A stretch of DNA of 64,000 bases from Octopus sinensis (GCF_006345805.1 NC_043014.1:27466001-27530000), one strand, 5' to 3'; positions 13,150-26,523 are shown, numbered from the stretch's first letter. The notes: a model not told the origin generated them from the letters alone. Numbers and translations are program-made.

Positions 13150-15140
13150 TATCTTTGTTACAAGATCATAAATCAGGAGAAGAGCATACCCTATCAAATA
13201 TAGAGCATTCAGATAGAGCCCTACTATTTTCAGATAAGATAACAGGCTCTTAGAGAACAACATCACAAAAATATAGATGGGCCGCACCACATACCTATAA
13301 CATCAATGATGAGGCAAAACGAATAGCCACCGACCTGAACATTGCTGACAGGGTAGAAATACTAGCTAAGTGTAATGCCTTTATCACTATCAAGGTTCAC
13401 AAACCAAACTTCACTTCCAACCCTAAATGTCGCCTGATTACCCTGCCAAGTCCGAAATCGGACTGGTGAGTCAGCACATCCTAAGAAAGGTTAATAAAGA
13501 TATAAGGAAGGTATCTAATTTCTCTTTATGGCATAACACATTCGAGGTATTACATTGGTTTGAGACCAAACGAAACACTTTTAGAGCTAAGTTCATACAA
13601 TCCGATATAGTAGACTTTTATCCATCGATATCAAAAATGTTACTTGATAGAGCGTTAGTATATGCTAGATGAATTTCTGACATCAGTGAGAGAGAAATAG
13701 ATATAATTATGCATGCTAGGAAAACACTACTATTCAACCTGGGTCAAACGAACTGACCCTGAAGGCTCATTCGATGTCGTAATGGGGGCATACAACAGCA
13801 CTGTTATTTGCAACCTTATAGGATTTTACATTCTCGACATCCTGGGTAATTAATTCCGCTCTGTCCACTTCGGCTTATATAGAGATGATGCCTTAGCTGT
13901 CTCCAGAGGTGCTAACAGCCTTACTTTAGATAGGCTTAGAAAAGACATCATACACACCCTCAACGACCTTACCTTTAAAATCACCATAGAGACTAACCTC
14001 ACTGTGGTGAACTTCTTGGATGTCACGCTTGATTTAGACCGTGGCACCTACAGACTATACCATAAACTGAATGATGGGCTATCATACATTAATATAGCCT
14101 CCAGCCACCCACCCATAGTGTTCAAAAACCTAATAAAAGGTATCAGTAGATGGATTTCGATCTTATCTTCAAATAAAGATACTTTTGACACAGCAGCTCC
14201 TGCTTACAATGAGGCACTAGCGGCCAGCGGATTCAAAGAGAATACAGTATATACATCAAGATTGGGTAACCACAAAAGGAAACGCCACCACAAGACCTTA
14301 TGATTTGTCTCCACTTCTCCCTAAACATCCAGACATAGGTAGAATTTTTTTAGGTTGGTTGATAAGCATTTCACGCAATCACACAAATATAGAAAGATCT
14401 TTAACAAACATAATTTAAGAATCTCTTTCAGTTGTGCACCCAATGTTAAGAACAAATTACTTAGCACTCTTAAACCATGGACAGAGGCAGGTTGTTCATG
14501 CAGGATTAGAAATGAATTCCCAGTGGACAGCCAATGTAGCACCGAGGCTACAGTGTACCAAGCAAAGGTAGTCCCAAACAGAAGCAGCACAAATATCAGT
14601 TGCATCAATGCCAACACAGGGACACACACTAAAATTTATGTCGGATCTTGTGAATCCAAATTTAAAATTCACCTGAACAACCACAGATCTTCTTTCAAGG
14701 TCCTGGAGAGATGCAACACAACAACACTCGCAGCATACATATGGCACCTAAAGCATGATCATATGCCCTTTAACATCAGGTGGAAATTACTGGATACTTG
14801 TTGACCCTATCACAATGGAACAAAACCTTAAACTGTGTATGGCAGAAAGATATATAATCTTCATGAACTCACAGGATGCTGCCTGAATTCCAGGACGGAA
14901 TCTGTGGGGAGTTGTCCATATTTCCGAAAATTTTTACTTCAAAATTGGAAAACCTGACTATCAGGTGAAGGAAAACAACTCAGCCGGCCATAATTTTTTA
15001 AGATGAATATTTCTTGAACTATCACTGGCGTTCATGTGTTTAAAAACACATTCTCAGCAGAGAACGGTTATCATTTAGAGAAACTGAAAAGATGTCTAGT
15101 TCATCCTAGATATGAAACCAATGTTTTTTTTTCTAAACTA
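13150..15140 (+). mobile_element. Penelope-like retroelement (RT + C-terminal GIY-YIG endonuclease), disrupted
   Basis: DIVDFYPSI, GLYRDD, VNFLDVTLDL, SHPP; linker CSCR..C; VYQAKV...IYVGSCESKFK..LNNHRSSF...IWHLK; in-frame stops and frameshifts. Confidence 0.9.
15074..15137 (+). ncRNA. Degenerate type I hammerhead ribozyme at the Penelope 3' end
   Basis: tttagagaaa-CTGAAAA-g-atgtctag/ctagatat-GAAA-C-caat-GTT-tttttctaaa; stems are present but core G8 is mutated. Confidence 0.6.
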
Positions 15141-15157
15141 TTACGTTACACATACAA

Positions 15158-15207
<50 letters not shown>

Positions 15208-15343
15208 CAAAGGAAGGCTAGGTGGGAAGAAAGTTTTTGTATGTGGCAGCTCCGCAGGAGCAATAAGCACTTAAAATGTGCAGAGAACAACTTCTGCCAC
15301 ATTCTAGGGAGAAAAACTAGAAGTACTTGATAGTTTCCATTAC

Positions 15344-16420
15344 CTAGGTGACCAGTAGCGGGGGTGGGTGCTCTGAAAGTGTAGCTGCTAGAATAAGAAT
15401 AGCCTGGGCAAAGTTCAGAGAGCTCCTACCTCTGCTAGTGACATAGGGCCTCTCGCTCAGAGTAAAAGGTAGACCGTATGACAGATGTGTATGAACAGCA
15501 ATACTACATTGCAGTGAAACATGGGCCGTGACTGCTGAGGACATGCGTAATTTTGCAGTATGCTCCGATGGATGTGTAATGTCAGTGTGCATACTCGACA
15601 GAGTGTAAGTGCCTTAAGAGAAAGTTGAACTTAAGAAGCATCAGATGTGGTTTGCAAGAGAGACGACTGCGCTGGTATGATCATGTGGTGCGAATAGATG
15701 AGGATTGCTGCATGAAAAAGTGTCACACCCTAGCGGTTGAGGGAAACTGTGGAAGAGGTAGACCCAGGAAGACCTGGGATGAGCTGGTGAAGCACAACCT
15801 TCAAACATTAGGCCTCACCAAGACAATGACTAGTGACCGAGACCTTTGAAAATATGCTGTGCTTGAGATGACCCGGCAAGCCAAGTGAGACCATAACTCA
15901 TGGCCTATGCCAGTGGTGTAACTAGCCCACTTAGGCCTACCTTTCTTTCATTGGACACTATACTCTGCTTGCGAAGACCTGTTGAGACAAGTGAAATCGA
16001 AATCAAATTCTATGACAGCACCGCATGACTGGCATCCATGCTAGTGGAGTGCTAAGAGCACCATCTGAGAGTGATTGTTGCCAGGGCCGCTGACTGGCTC
16101 CCATGCCAGTGGCACATAAAAAGCACCATTCGAGCGTGATTGTTACCAACTTTTTGGCACTTGTGCCGATGGTACGTGAAAAACAACATTCAAGCGAGGG
16201 TGTTGCCAGTGCCACTGGACTGGCTCCTGTGCAGGTGACACATAAAACACCATTTGAGCATGGCCGTTACCAGTACCACCTGACCGGCCCTCGTGACGGT
16301 GGCACGTAAAAGCATCCACTACACTCTTGGAAGGACATCCAGCTGTAGAAACTCTGCCGGATCAGATTGGTGCCTGGTCCCCAGTCAAACCCATGTCAGC
16401 ATGGAAAGTGATGATGATGA
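15344..16420 (+). mobile_element. RTE-clade LINE family B, 5'-truncated, with 3' UTR and (GAT)n tail
   Basis: QERRLRWY.HV.R...RGRPRKTW; matches 30465..31142; ends ccatgtcagcatggaaagtgatgatgatga. Confidence 0.88.
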
Positions 16421-16421
16421 C

Positions 16422-16452
<31 letters not shown>

Positions 16453-16522
16453 TATACATACATATATACATGTATGTATATACATATGTGTATATACATA
16501 CACACACACATATATATATATA

Positions 16523-16972
16523 AAGGGAAAGTTTACGAAAATAAACAAAAGACGAAGGCAGGTGGAGTACAAACAAACAAATGTATTAGTATAGCGCTCA
16601 GGAATAGAAAAAGTCTTTTATGTTTCGAGCCTACGCTCTTTGACAGAAAGATACACAGAAAAAACAAGGAGAGAAAAAAAATGCGTGTAGGAACTAACGA
16701 TCTATCATAGCGTCCTGACTTCGGACAGTGGTCAGACACGAGAGGGACAGTAGGGGAGATAACAGGTGACTTCCAATAAGAAGGTGCCCCCAACACAAAG
16801 GTGCGTGTGTGTATAAGAGAGTATGTATGTGCGTGTGAAAGAGGGCTGGTGGTCTGGACGTGTGTATGTGTGGGTGGTGTGATGTGATGGAGAAAGACAG
16901 ACACATAAAAGAATGAGAGTAGACTTGTCAAAGCGTGCGTTTTTGGCCCGAGCAACGACACCTTTTAAGATG

Positions 16973-16975
<3 letters not shown>
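16523..16975 (-). mobile_element. Short (TA)n-embedded element with a hammerhead-like core (pLTR-like)
   Basis: Minus strand CTGTCAA-A-GAGC-gtag-GCTC-GAAAC-ATA at 16619-16646; same family as 28722-28865. Confidence 0.55.
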
Positions 16976-17024
<49 letters not shown>

Positions 17025-17789
17025 TCCTCGTTCATCTACTCAGCTATTTCTGTGCTGATCATAAACCCCTTATTAGTTCTTTTCATTATTCTATCTATTT
17101 CATTACCATGTAAACATAGTTTCAATAGTTTTGTCTTCCTCATTGTTGTCTTAAGAAAAACTTAAGTTCATGCATATTCTTTAATCGCCATATATTCATT
17201 TATTCAAGTTTGTCACATCGTCACTTATTTCTCTAATTTTGTCACAGATTGGCTGACCAAAAATTCTAAGATTTTTCAATTCTATTTCACTATTTTCGGA
17301 ATTTGCTGTTCCATTAAATTGTTACCCAAAATCCCAAAGAATATTTTTCTCCCTCGTGTTCTTTTTCTGACCACCCTAACTCTGGCCCTCTCTCTCTCTC
17401 TCTCTCTCTTTCGATTTACCACTTGATTCGCCTACACTTCCCCCTCTTCCACCACCACCACCACCACCACCACCACCCTATATAAACTAGCGCACGCACT
17501 TGGATTTCCCTACTCGATTTTTAATAACTCCCATGAAAGAATACAAATCCAGAAAATGCTCTTGTCTAAATTTGCTGGCTCGTAGTATACCTGCCCCCTC
17601 CACCTGTGCCGGACGTTCCTATCCTCTGTCATCCTTTGGTTGTCTCCCATGAGCACTTCTAAAGGTTTAACGCCATCCTCACCCCTACCTAGGGTTTATT
17701 GATCATATAGTGCATAAAAATGATGATGTAGTGTATGCAAGTTGAAGGCTATTGCTTGTTTATGAATTCTGCCAAATGCGAGCTTTCTT

Positions 17790-18368
17790 TTCAGGTACAT
17801 GACGCTGCTGTCCTCCATCCCAGGATCTCACGAGTCCACACCTCCCACACCCTCAGAGTTGGCACACTGAAAGGTAGGTCTGGTGAGATTGTTGAAATGC
17901 TTGAACAGAGATGTGTCAATTTGTGCTGCCTCCAAGAACTAAGATGGAGAGGAGTTCCGCTAGGTTCCTCACAGGCAAAGAACACAGGTACAAGATTTTC
18001 TGGGCAGGGAACACTGACGGGGTCGGGGGCATGGGTATACTTCTTGCGGAGAAATGGGTTGATAAGGTAATCAAAGTAGTCAGAGTATGCCACAGAATAC
18101 TTAAGATTAGATTAGTGCTTTATCATGGGTTAGCAACCATTATCTTGGCCTAAGCCCCTCAACCGGGGCTACCTGATGGACAGAAAGACTGATTTTATGA
18201 CACCCTCTTGCAGACTACCTCATTGACGAATGACTGGGACCTTCTCTTTGTGGCTGGTGACTTCAATGGACATGTTGGACAACATACAGGGGGCTTCCAT
18301 AACATACATGGAGGCTATGGTTTTGGTTCCCACAATAAGGAGGGAACCTGGCTACTGAGGTTCTGTAA
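17790..18368 (+). mobile_element. RTE LINE APE endonuclease fragment
   Basis: VGTLKGRSGE...LQE.RW, GVGGMGIL, VAGDFNGHVG, GYGFG..N.EG. Confidence 0.85.
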
Positions 18369-18371
18369 TCA

Positions 18372-19060
18372 CTAGCTCTCCATGACCTTCATTACCTGAT
18401 CCAACAACTTGATACCTCTGTAATTATTTGTATCTAAAGCATCACCTTTACCTTTATAGCAGTTGACTATGGTGCTGCTACACCAGTCATTAGGTATGAC
18501 TCCTTCATGTATCACCTGGTTGACTATATGGGTCACTAGACTATAGCCGACACCATCAGGTATTTTAAGCATCTCTGCAGTGATTCCTGATGGGCCAGGG
18601 ACTTTCCCTGTCTTCATACCCTTAATTGCTTTATTTAACAAGGTACTGTCAATTCAGATAGCTGGTCCCTCTGTTGGGTCGACATTTGGCAAACTCTCTT
18701 TCTCCCATTCATTCTCTTCATTTAGCAACCTTTCATAGTGGCATCTCCAAGTCTCTCTCCTTGCAACCTCGTTAAATGCAAGTGAGCTGCCACCCATGCA
18801 GATACATTTCTCTTCTATAACATCACTATTCTCTCTCATGCACTGTCTTGCAACATGAAACACCTCAAATCTTTGTTCCTTACAACGCAGAACATTGGCA
18901 GGTATTTTCTTTTCTGCTTCCCCTCTGTTTAAATAAACCTGTCTCCTAGCTTCCCTTCTGGACCTCTGATACAATCCATTGCTGCCACTGCTCTTCCAGT
19001 AACTTCCATGCCTGTTACTCCTCCCTAATGGCCCTGTCAACTACATTGTTCCACCATCCA
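18372..19060 (-). mobile_element. RTE LINE family B linker/RT fragment, inverted relative to the adjacent APE
   Basis: MKTGKVPGPSGITAEMLK...YKGKGDALDTNNYRGIKLL, near-identical to ORF 31226..32305. Confidence 0.88.
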
Positions 19061-19678
19061 CAGATACCCATAAGTCTGTTTCTAAGGGTATTTGAACAGT
19101 TTATAGTTTGGAAGAATAATGGGGCCAAGAAGCAAACCACAGCACGCAGGATGTCTTTGTTGAATCTCTTCATACCATAGGAAGACCGGATGAAATAAAG
19201 TTTAGAAGGATTTAACTGGAAACCATGACTAAATTTACTGCCAGGAGCATATCACAGATGACACCAACTGTAGAAAGACACATGTTACAACTTAGTTGAT
19301 GAAGCTCTCAAAGGATGGTATGCAGCTTCAATTCCCATTGAAATTTGATGCCATGGTTTTCCAGTAAGATTAGTGTGTTATTTCTTGCTATTTCTTGGTT
19401 TGGGAGCTAAAAAACTGAAGTAAGCCAATATAGAAAAGCATAAACATCAGAATGCAAATGAGTTATAAAAAAAAAAACTGGGTGTGAGAAGAGGAATCAG
19501 TTGAGTACATAAGAGAAGGCTGTGCTACGTGAGGAAGTATTGAGAACTCCCAATGAAGACTTGTGGCAAATTGGTGAAGGCTGATCTGAAGATGCTACAT
19601 CTCACTAAGGAGATAAAGTATCATACTGATTGGTGATATGCAGTGGCAAAACATACCTGACATGAGGGTAGTGTTTAA

Positions 19679-19897
19679 CCCTTCAGCATTCAAATAACTC
19701 TATTAAATGTAGTGTTTATTTATTCACATAGTTTTGAATTAATCATCCATTATCTTGTACCTTTGAGATTTTGATGATGTGATTGTTTAGTTTTAGAATG
19801 GCATTATTGGGTAGGTGTGAGAGGCCAAATATTGGTGGTTTGAATATAAAACACGTAGAATATTCAGGCCAGATGTGGTCGGTTTAAGTGCAAAGGG
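19679..19897. mobile_element. piggyBac-type MITE
   Basis: TTAA-cccttcagcatt ... aagtgcaaaggg; same family as 62311-62528 and partial copies ending near 46185 and 51358. Confidence 0.65.
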
Positions 19898-20626
19898 CAA
19901 GATACTTTGTATCTTACCAAGCATCTGTCTTGCTGTCCTTCTTACACCCTTTGAATCCTTGAATCCTCTGAACTTTCCATCATTCTGTTGCTCACTCCCT
20001 TCCCCCTTTTTAAACTCATCTCTCTCATCTGCTTACTACCAATGCTGACTGTATCATCCTTATCACTCCATGACTCTCACCATCCACTAAGAAATTTTAT
20101 ATTTGAGATTGCATTGGTCCACCCTCAACTGTAATAGACTGCATTGGATCGTCTTCATCTCTCTACACAATGCACTGTAACTTTGTCCTTTCCTTCCACT
20201 CCACATTATTCTGTGCACAAGGTACCACTTCTCCAGTACAGATGCTACAATGGGAAGTCGACAGATTGTGCTCAATTAAGAGTGACTGCTGAGCAAGATA
20301 ATCTCTCTAGAGCTGACATCACAAGATTGTACCCAGTACATACATTAAAATAGCTGGTAAATGAAGAGAGAATGCATGGGATTACAAGAGCCCTTTATTC
20401 AACTTCTTTTGTGTTGATGCTACAAGGAAAAACACACCCAGTGCACTCTGTAAAGTGGTTGGCAATAGAAGGGCATTCAGCTATAGAAACCAAGCTAAAT
20501 GACACATGCAGACATCAGGCTATAGGAGTAGCAACTCCCAATAAGAAATGACCATCCAATCCATGTCAGCATGGAAAGTAGACACTAAGCAATATATTGA
20601 TATAAATGTGTGTATATGTGTATATA

Positions 20627-20682
<56 letters not shown>

Positions 20683-20732
20683 TAAATATATGAAAGAATG
20701 GAGTTGAACGACAAATTAACAAAATTCCTTTA

Positions 20733-20815
20733 TTTTCGACATATATTTCGAAGGCTGCATATTCCTAATTGCAAAGGAATAAGGAGTAAATTATGCCACT
20801 TTCTCATCAGGAAAA
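20733..20815 (-). ncRNA. Type I hammerhead ribozyme (left arm)
   Basis: Minus strand ttttc-CTGATGA-gaaagtggcata...tatgcagccttc-GAAA-T-atat-GTC-gaaaa; C15.2>T relative to its twin. Confidence 0.75.
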
Positions 20816-20975
20816 GCAAGGAACTTACGTCAACATCAAGATGCACATCCAACCATTTTGACGTCACACCTTATAAAGGAATTTTTTAAAGAGACACTCA
20901 TTATCACTATGGGCTCCGTGTGAGCAGTCATCTAAAAGTTTTTTGTGCATCTTGATGTTGACATAAGTTCCTTGC

Positions 20976-21051
20976 TTTTCCTGATGAGAAAGCGGCATAA
21001 TTTACTCCTTCGCAATTAGGAATATGCAGCCTTCGAAACATATGTCGAAAA
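20976..21051 (+). ncRNA. Type I hammerhead ribozyme (right arm), GUC site
   Basis: Stem I ttttc/gaaaa; CTGATGA 20981-20987; stem II gaaagcggcata/tatgcagccttc; GAAA 21035-21038; palindromic ACATATGT stem III; GTC 21044-21046; AATAAA 21050-21055. Confidence 0.85.
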
Positions 21052-21231
21052 TAAAGGAATTTTGTTAATTCAACTCCATTCTTTCATATATTTATATTTT
21101 TAAATAAAACATACAAATTTCCACACGAAAGCACGTAACTTCAAACGTGTCTTCTCTGATGTGAATTTACTACCCAGGTATCGGTTAAACCGAATTATCC
21201 ATAACAAGATAATTCATTCAACTACTCAAAT

Positions 21232-21262
<31 letters not shown>

Positions 21263-21267
<5 letters not shown>

Positions 21268-21450
21268 ATCCAAACATGAAAGCACAAAAAAACACAACGC
21301 GAGGACATGGAAAAATATTGTATTATTGGACGCTCAGGAAAGAAGGAGGGTTTAACGTTTCGAGCGGAGCTCTTCGTTGGAAACATAGGAGAAGGAAAGA
21401 TCCAGAGAAGTGAAGACAGAGTAAAAAAAAATCGCCAACGGTACACACAC
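21263..21450 (-). mobile_element. Short (TA)n-flanked element with a hammerhead-like core
   Basis: Minus strand gttt-CCAACGA-A-GAGC-tcc-GCTC-GAAACGTT-aaac (21350-21384); a partial copy lies on the + strand at 34131-34212. Confidence 0.55.
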
Positions 21451-21718
21451 GGTCACACATATACATATGTATATTTATCATCATCATTATCATCATTTTA
21501 ATGTTCAATTTTCCATGCTTTCACGGATCAGATACAATTTGTTGAAGCAAATTTTTCTATGGCCAGAGGCCCTTTGTATCACCAACCCTCATCTTCTCAT
21601 CTGTTTCTATGTAAAGTAGGAAATGAAGATCACTGCTTGCTTTACAGTGACACCTGCTTACAACTATCATGTGATGTCTAAGTAAGAAAACAGTATCATA
21701 CACATATATACATATATG

Positions 21719-22905
21719 CAGAGGTGGGCACCTTTGATCGAAAAGTTAACTTTGTTAATCATTAATTCGTTAATTCTTTGAAAATGTAACGGAGGTTAAT
21801 GTTAATCCATTAACATTAACTTTTATTAAATAAGGTATATCTACAGTTTAATACTCCACCCAATTTGTTACCTCATAACTTCCAGAAAAATGGATACTTT
21901 TTAACAAAACTTTCACCAAATATTTTCTTATATCCTGTAGACTGAGTATATGTAAGGATTTGTTGGAAAATATTTTCCAAGGCATTGGGTAGAGGGGTTT
22001 GGGAAAATTCACAGGACCCAACATTTTCCCCCTCATAGCTTTCTGAAAAATAGGTATTTTTTAATGAAATTTTAAACAAATACCTTTCAAACAGTGTAGA
22101 TTATGATTACAAAGAAATTTGTAGGCAAAATCTTTGGAAGGTGGTGGGGTGGGGAGTTTCTGACCTCCAAACCCACTGCAAGCCATTTTTTCTGGAAAAG
22201 AAAGGAGGGAGGGGTCATGGGGACATCAAAGTTTCTCACCAAGGGAGTTTTGTTTCACGAGTCTTTTCTACTTTTCCAGGTTATTTTGCATGCTTTCAAC
22301 AAATGTGACATCAAAACCACATGTAAATGGCTCCTTTTTCCAGAAAATGCAAGATTTGACTACTATTTCTAGCATGCACCGCTACCACGTAATTGCTATT
22401 TGCATTCACACCGAAATATTTACCAACTTTTTTCCTTCCATTTATTTCTTCCACTTTATGGAAGTCAGTATTTTCTCTGTTGACATCCACCTCAGCAAGG
22501 TCATGGATCAAATGGAAACACATCAATCACTGTTCCCTCTTGACAGGACAAAGAAATTTCCCTACTGTCTTTACAAGCAACAAGCGGGTGGATTTGGTTT
22601 CAAATCCAGACAGGGCCAAACAAGATCCTACAAGTTATTTATTATAATAAGTAGCGTTATATCAGGGTTGAAAGAATGACGCATACAATATTAAATATGC
22701 TAAGACAATCTGAAGGCAATAGAAACTTTTAAATGTTTACTAGTTTTTACAAAATTTTTGAGTTAACGAACTTGAGTAAACAGAAGCTAAATGTAACGGA
22801 AGTTAATTAGTCCAATAATGATTTTCAAAGTTAACTTACAGTTAAATTGTTAACAAAAATGTTAACTTCGTTAATTAATGATTAATGGACTTAAGCCCAG
22901 CTTTG
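21719..22905. mobile_element. Non-autonomous hAT DNA transposon
   Basis: TIRs cagaggtgggc / gcccagctttg; perfect 8-bp TSD catatatg (21711-21718 and 22906-22913); dense subterminal gttaa(c/t) repeats. Confidence 0.88.
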
Positions 22906-23450
22906 CATATATGTATGTATATATGTGTGTCTGTATATAACCCATGCATGCACACACGACAAGTATCTTTCATTTTCCATCTACCAAATACTATCATAAG
23001 GCTTTGGTGGGTCTGGAACTGAACCCAACACCATGAATTTGAAAATCAAACTTCCTACCACACAGCAACGTCTTTCTGTGTGTGTGTAGACATGGCTAAT
23101 TACATTTTTATTGTCAGGTTACTTAGTTCTATAGTTCTATCTGTTGTGGTTTTTGTTTTTTTTTTTTCCTTTAACTTGGAAGTCTGGGGTTTTTTTGGGG
23201 GGGTTTTTTGTGATCAGGCAGAAGGTTGTGGTATTTTCTTATCTATTCATGACTGATGATAAATAAAATTCACATTAAGTATAGGTCTACAGCAGAGTTA
23301 TTGAATACTTTAGCAAATCTGCAAAAATTACTAAAAAGCTGTGTTTGTAGGTTGAAGGTGTGGTGGGTATAGATATATACATACGAACACACACACAACA
23401 CACACATATATATGTATTTATATGTGTGTGTATATATACATGTGTGTAAT

Positions 23451-23512
<62 letters not shown>

Positions 23513-23560
23513 GTATAATAATAAATAGTATATGTGTGTATATATATATATGTATATATG

Positions 23561-24342
23561 GGCACAGGACGTCACCAACTGTGTAAACATGAAATACATA
23601 GATAAACAATGAGAGAAAAAAATGGAAAACCAGACAAGTACTCACAGAGAAACGATCCTTCATCAGTCATCGGCTGCCTATCTACTCCGCATTTCGAGTT
23701 TTCAAAGACAGTTGCTCCCATAAATTCTAAAATAAAATTTTGGATTTATGGAGGGTCAAAATTGGGAACAAAAACAGGACAGTGGAGACCTACAAAGAAA
23801 CTGAATGAAAACAAACATAGAGGGTCATTAGACCAGAACAAGAGGAAAATAATGAATGCCTGGAGAAACATTTTCTGTGAAAGAGAAAAGATAGAAGAGA
23901 GAGAAAAAACGTCTAGTCCTTTGAACATCTGTGCAGGAAAAGAAAGATAGTGAAATGAGGAAAGGAAAGATGGACGATGATCATGTGTGAGGAACAAGAG
24001 AGAGAGAGAGAGACAGACAGTTACAAACTGGTGAAAGAGGGAGGGGGAGAAAAGGGAATTAGAGAATGATGGAGGAAGGAAACAGTGTAGAGTAGAGTCG
24101 CATCAAAAAGGTGAAGATAAACTTACTAGGAAATGGATACGTGGCATTCAATTAAATAATAATATAAATAATATATATATCGGTATAGGACATCACCAAC
24201 TTTGTAAACAACATGAAATACATAGACAAATGAGTTAAATATGAGTTAATACGAAACGAGAAGTTGATAGACTGCCGACAACTGATGAGGGGTGTTTCTC
24301 TGTGTTTACTTGTCCTGTTTTCCACTTCTTTCTCTCATTGTT
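23561..24342. mobile_element. pLTR-like repeat pair in direct plus inverted arrangement
   Basis: 24188-24228 directly repeats 23567-23605; 24250-24342 is an inverted copy of ~23605-23697; both contain CTGATGA. Confidence 0.55.
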
Positions 24343-24354
24343 ATAATATATATA

Positions 24355-26014
24355 CTAGCAGAGTTACCCGGCATTGCCCGAGTTACATACAATTGAAGAA
24401 TTAGACTTTTCTGTTATATTTTCTGTAATGAACTGGAATACCTATGTTTCAAATATCATCAAAATTGCAGATGAGGGTTATTTCCCTCTTTACACACCGA
24501 AACAAAATTGTAATCGTGCCACATGTATCCCATACTACTGATTTTTATGCGCATATTCCAAAATTCCAGTCTTATAGAACCTGTTAAAAGGATTTTGCTC
24601 CAGAAAAATGGAGGTCATGGAACTAGCTCTAAAATGTGAGAGTTAACGCCCCTATTGGGGCTGGGCATCTTAATGTCAACCAGAGAAGTTGAATTGTTGA
24701 GAATCTTTTTAACTTGGGTCTTATATCTATTGTTTGAAATGTTCACTAGGTTTGTAAAAGAGAGCAAAGCTACAGGCAACCAAAAGATGAATGATCACAA
24801 TAAGCAGTCAGTTACCCTACCCTAGTCGTTACCACTCCCAATGTAGGATTCTTCATCATCCAGGTGACAGGAACAGCCGTAAGATGCATTACGAATCTAT
24901 AGCAATTGGAAGGGCGTGACCCAACTGAAATAAACATTAACAACTGTGTGACATGAGGACTAAGGAGAAATTAAAGTGCCACCTCTGGAGTTTACAAATG
25001 ACCACTATACTGATACGTAACTGGACAGAATAAATTTACAATCTATAAGTGTCTTTGAATAACCAGTCACTCATCTGCGAAGGCCTTGAAATCAATGTTA
25101 CTATCTGGGGACTATGTGTGACCCAGTGATAATAAAAAGATTGAAAGGAGATCTGCAATCAAATAACTTTACTCAACATTTTGCAACTGAATCAGTGGAG
25201 GCAAAGATGCCTCTCATTTACTTGACAATTTATGCAGCACATTGCAGAAATCACAATCTAAGTGTATGTCAAAGCAAACTCTTACACTGTTGTACCATTG
25301 AATTACAAATAATGCTCATCTTCTATGCTCGGATGACCCCACAGCTTCCAAAAGTACAACTATTCATCTTTGCTTGGATAAAATGACAAAATTGTGGGTG
25401 TTAAGTCCCCATGAAGCGGTCTTTCTAACTTGTAAGAAGATGAAATTTTATAAATATTACTTCATTTGTATCTAATATCTATGGTTAAAATTTCATCAAC
25501 AGCAAAAATATATGAATTGTCATGGGGGTTGTGGCCCTTATGCATAGAATATAATTTCCAAATTTCGTAAAGATCCATTCAGTACTTTTGACTTAGTTTT
25601 GGATCATTAAAAAAATGACTAAAATTTGGGAGTTAAGGCCCCCATTAGGGTGTCTTAGAATCCTCATGTGAAGTGGAAACTTTGAGAATACTTCTCGATG
25701 TGTGTCAATTACCCATGGTTGAAATTTCATCATCGAAAATTTATGAATTTTCATGGGAGGTCCTGCCCCCTTTAAGCCATCTGAAATTCAAACCAAACAT
25801 ATTGCATTATACCCACCCTTATGCATTGAATCTAAGTTTCAAATATCATAAGGATCCATTCAGTAATTTTGGTCCATGAAATTGTATGAAACACACAGCA
25901 TTACCCTTCTCCCTAGGCTTCGATTTTGTGTTCCAAATTTCATTATGATCGGTGCAGCAGTTTTCGAATGTATAAGTAATACACGAACACATAAAGACAT
26001 TGTCTTTGATATGA
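24355..26014 (-). mobile_element. Non-autonomous Helitron-like element
   Basis: Minus strand begins A|TC and ends with GC hairpin ctcgggcaatgccggg then CTAG|T; no TSD; internal aaatttc...gatcc repeats. Confidence 0.65.
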
Positions 26015-26038
26015 TAAATATGAATGTACACATATACA

Positions 26039-26150
<112 letters not shown>

Positions 26151-26204
26151 AAGATAAATTGATAGATACAACTGAGTGGGCAAACAAAAATATGAGACAC
26201 AGCC

Positions 26205-26523
26205 TAGTGCTCTTTTTACGTTGATAAGCCTGGTACTTATTCTATTAGTTTCTTCTTGTGAAACCAGTAAGTTATGGGGATGTAAATAAACAAACAGCAG
26301 TTGTGAAGCAGTGATGAGGGTGAAACACAAAGACACGCACATAAACTTACATATATATACAATTGATTTCTTTCAGTTTCTGTCTACAAAATCCACTGAC
26401 AATGCTTTGGTTAGTCTGAGGCTATAGCAGAAGACACATACCAAGTCACCACACAGTGGGACTGAACCCAGGACCATGTGTTTTGGAACGAAGTTTGTTA
26501 CTACACAGCCACACCTGCACCTA
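26205..26523 (-). mobile_element. SINE family A copy
   Basis: Reverse complement of the family A head and body. Confidence 0.75.

Larger units (their letters stand above)
20678..21099. repeat. Long inverted repeat (~160-170-bp arms, ~96-bp spacer) carrying twin hammerheads
   Basis: 20678-20847 is the reverse complement of 20944-21099, with few indels. Confidence 0.92.

Noticed and set aside
13660-14810. In-frame TGA codons in the Penelope ORF as selenocysteine or readthrough
   Set aside because: They fit CGA/TGG-to-TGA decay and co-occur with frameshifts; no SECIS was recognised.
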